From contig JASCQW010000139.1 of assembly GCA_030264375.1 (NCBI GenBank), forward strand, positions 28,598,692-28,662,691: a stretch of DNA of 64,000 bases, read 5' to 3'. How positions within the stretch are numbered: position 1 is the first letter of the stretch; each line of letters starts with the position of its first letter. The notes under the pieces are model-generated. The model saw only the letters and a program-made list of their open reading frames with translations. It had not been told where the DNA came from and ran no database searches. Both the position numbers and the translations under genes were made by a program. Shown here piece after piece: positions 62,561 to 64,000 of this stretch. This DNA is from Carcharhinus longimanus. Taxonomy: Eukaryota.

Positions 62561-63683
62561 TTGAAGATTGAAAAATTATCGGGTGGGACTTTTCATTCCC
62601 TCTTGCAGCAGATGTCATGGCAAGTGGAAATGGAAGATATCACGGGATCGAAGAAATCAGGTACCTGTTGGAGAAAAAAGAGTTTGAGATTGTCTGCTCT
62701 AGAACTTAATGGCAGCATTAATTTTTCCACCACACCATCTTGTCAAAGCCGTTTAAATACACTTGAATGTCATGAATACTCATTGTAGAGAAGGCTCACC
62801 AGAATCAATACCCCCCTCACTCTGCCACTACTATCACAATGGGATTAAGGATTCTTGGGGAGGACTGAGAGTTAGTACAAGGAGGGAAACCTGAACATTA
62901 TGTTCTTCTAGGACAATGGGAGGAATTTCCATAGTCACATAAGGAGTGTCAAAGTTGGGCTGGTTGTAAAACCTCAGCACCACCAACTTGAAAACTGAAG
63001 CGATGGCGCAGTAAAGAATAACATTCAGAAAATCTCTGACAGGGAAGTGCTCTGAGGGTCTCAGGGAGGAGTGCCATACTGCACTGGGGGGCCAATTAAA
63101 AGGTCACACAAACTATGTTTCATGAAATAAGGAGAGGTGCGTATCTGAAAGATGGAAGCCTTTCAATGAAACTGTAGGGAATCAGGAGAGCTAAGCAATC
63201 AAGTTAATTGGTACTTGATGACTCTTGAATCCTGCCAGTGATCATTCTCATTGTAATGATGGTATGGAAATTTCCAAGGCATAATAAAGTCAAGAGCAAG
63301 TGGGTGAATAGAAAAGCTACACATCCTTGGTGAAAGGAGGAGCTCAGAATCTTGACACTGGCATGTTTGCATGTGGGAACCCTTAGCACTCCTGAAATAA
63401 TCTCACTCCCTCCCAAAACATTTACCCTCACCTGTTTTCAAAAGAGTGTCACCTTATAAGTTGCTTACCCAACTGTGCGGCCAAAGCAATCTCATTGTAA
63501 TCAGGAAGAGAGGGGAAGCATAGTGAAATTCTTCAAATGGACATTGTACTGGTTAAGATTTCATAGCAAGTAGGTATCAACACTAGCTCCAAGAGCTTAA
63601 ACCTACAGTTACTGACTTAGTATCAAGCGAAATAAGGAATTTCGGAGGCTGATGCTTATTCTTGTCTTCTGCAGAGAGGAGAC

Positions 63684-64000
63684 TACCAGGAAAATGGAAG
63701 CTGCATTTATTGCAACATGCATAATTGCACACAGGCAGGAAGGAGGGTAGAGAAGTTTGCATTGCTGGTGCCAGGCTCACCAAATAGTGGAGCTTTATCC
63801 TGATGAGGAAAGGGTAACAGAGCTCATCCAGGGTGCAGACAATGAGCCTTACTGAATATTGCGATTAAGTGGTTTCCAAGGCTGAGGGTCGACAGAACAT
63901 GCATGTTTTTTCTGCGGATGGGTGAGAGACAGTGTCACTGATGCCTTGACATGTCCAAGGATCTGGTGAGTCACGTCTGCAAAATTCTCCAGGAGTTGAC
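63684..64000 (+). pseudogene. PIF/Harbinger transposase N-terminal remnant (runs off the window)
   Basis: PRLRVDRTCMFFLRMGERQCH*CLDMSKDLVSHVCKILQEL resembles the Harbinger 'QCRRRLRLSRETV.HIC..L' region. Confidence 0.65.

Overview
Repeat-rich vertebrate non-coding DNA, almost certainly from a shark (elasmobranch). It contains about 22 HE1/V-SINE copies with two different 3' tails, plus other tRNA-derived and DeuSINE-like SINEs. Other mobile DNA includes two families of decayed CR1-clade LINEs, Penelope-like remnants, a Gypsy integrase relic and solo-LTR-like elements. The Penelope remnants comprise a GIY-YIG end and palindromic terminal-repeat elements carrying minimal hammerhead-ribozyme motifs. 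DNA transposons are represented by two Harbinger transposase pseudogenes with many short Harbinger-like TIR elements and a Tigger4/MER46-like element. No complete or recognisable host gene is present. One well-formed minus-strand candidate exon (907-1136) lies 1.2 kb downstream of a compact X-box/CRE/MYB promoter-like motif cluster. Several repeat-free, motif-dense islands look like conserved non-coding enhancers. The most notable structures are a ~400-bp hairpin bearing two opposed hammerhead motifs (15.4-15.8 kb) and an apparent 3.5-kb inversion (36592-40125) that splits a CR1 ORF2 at a near-exact junction. Family names come from my recollection of consensus motifs, not from database searches, and repeat boundaries are approximate. 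Fixed-length N gaps with duplicated flanks indicate a draft assembly.
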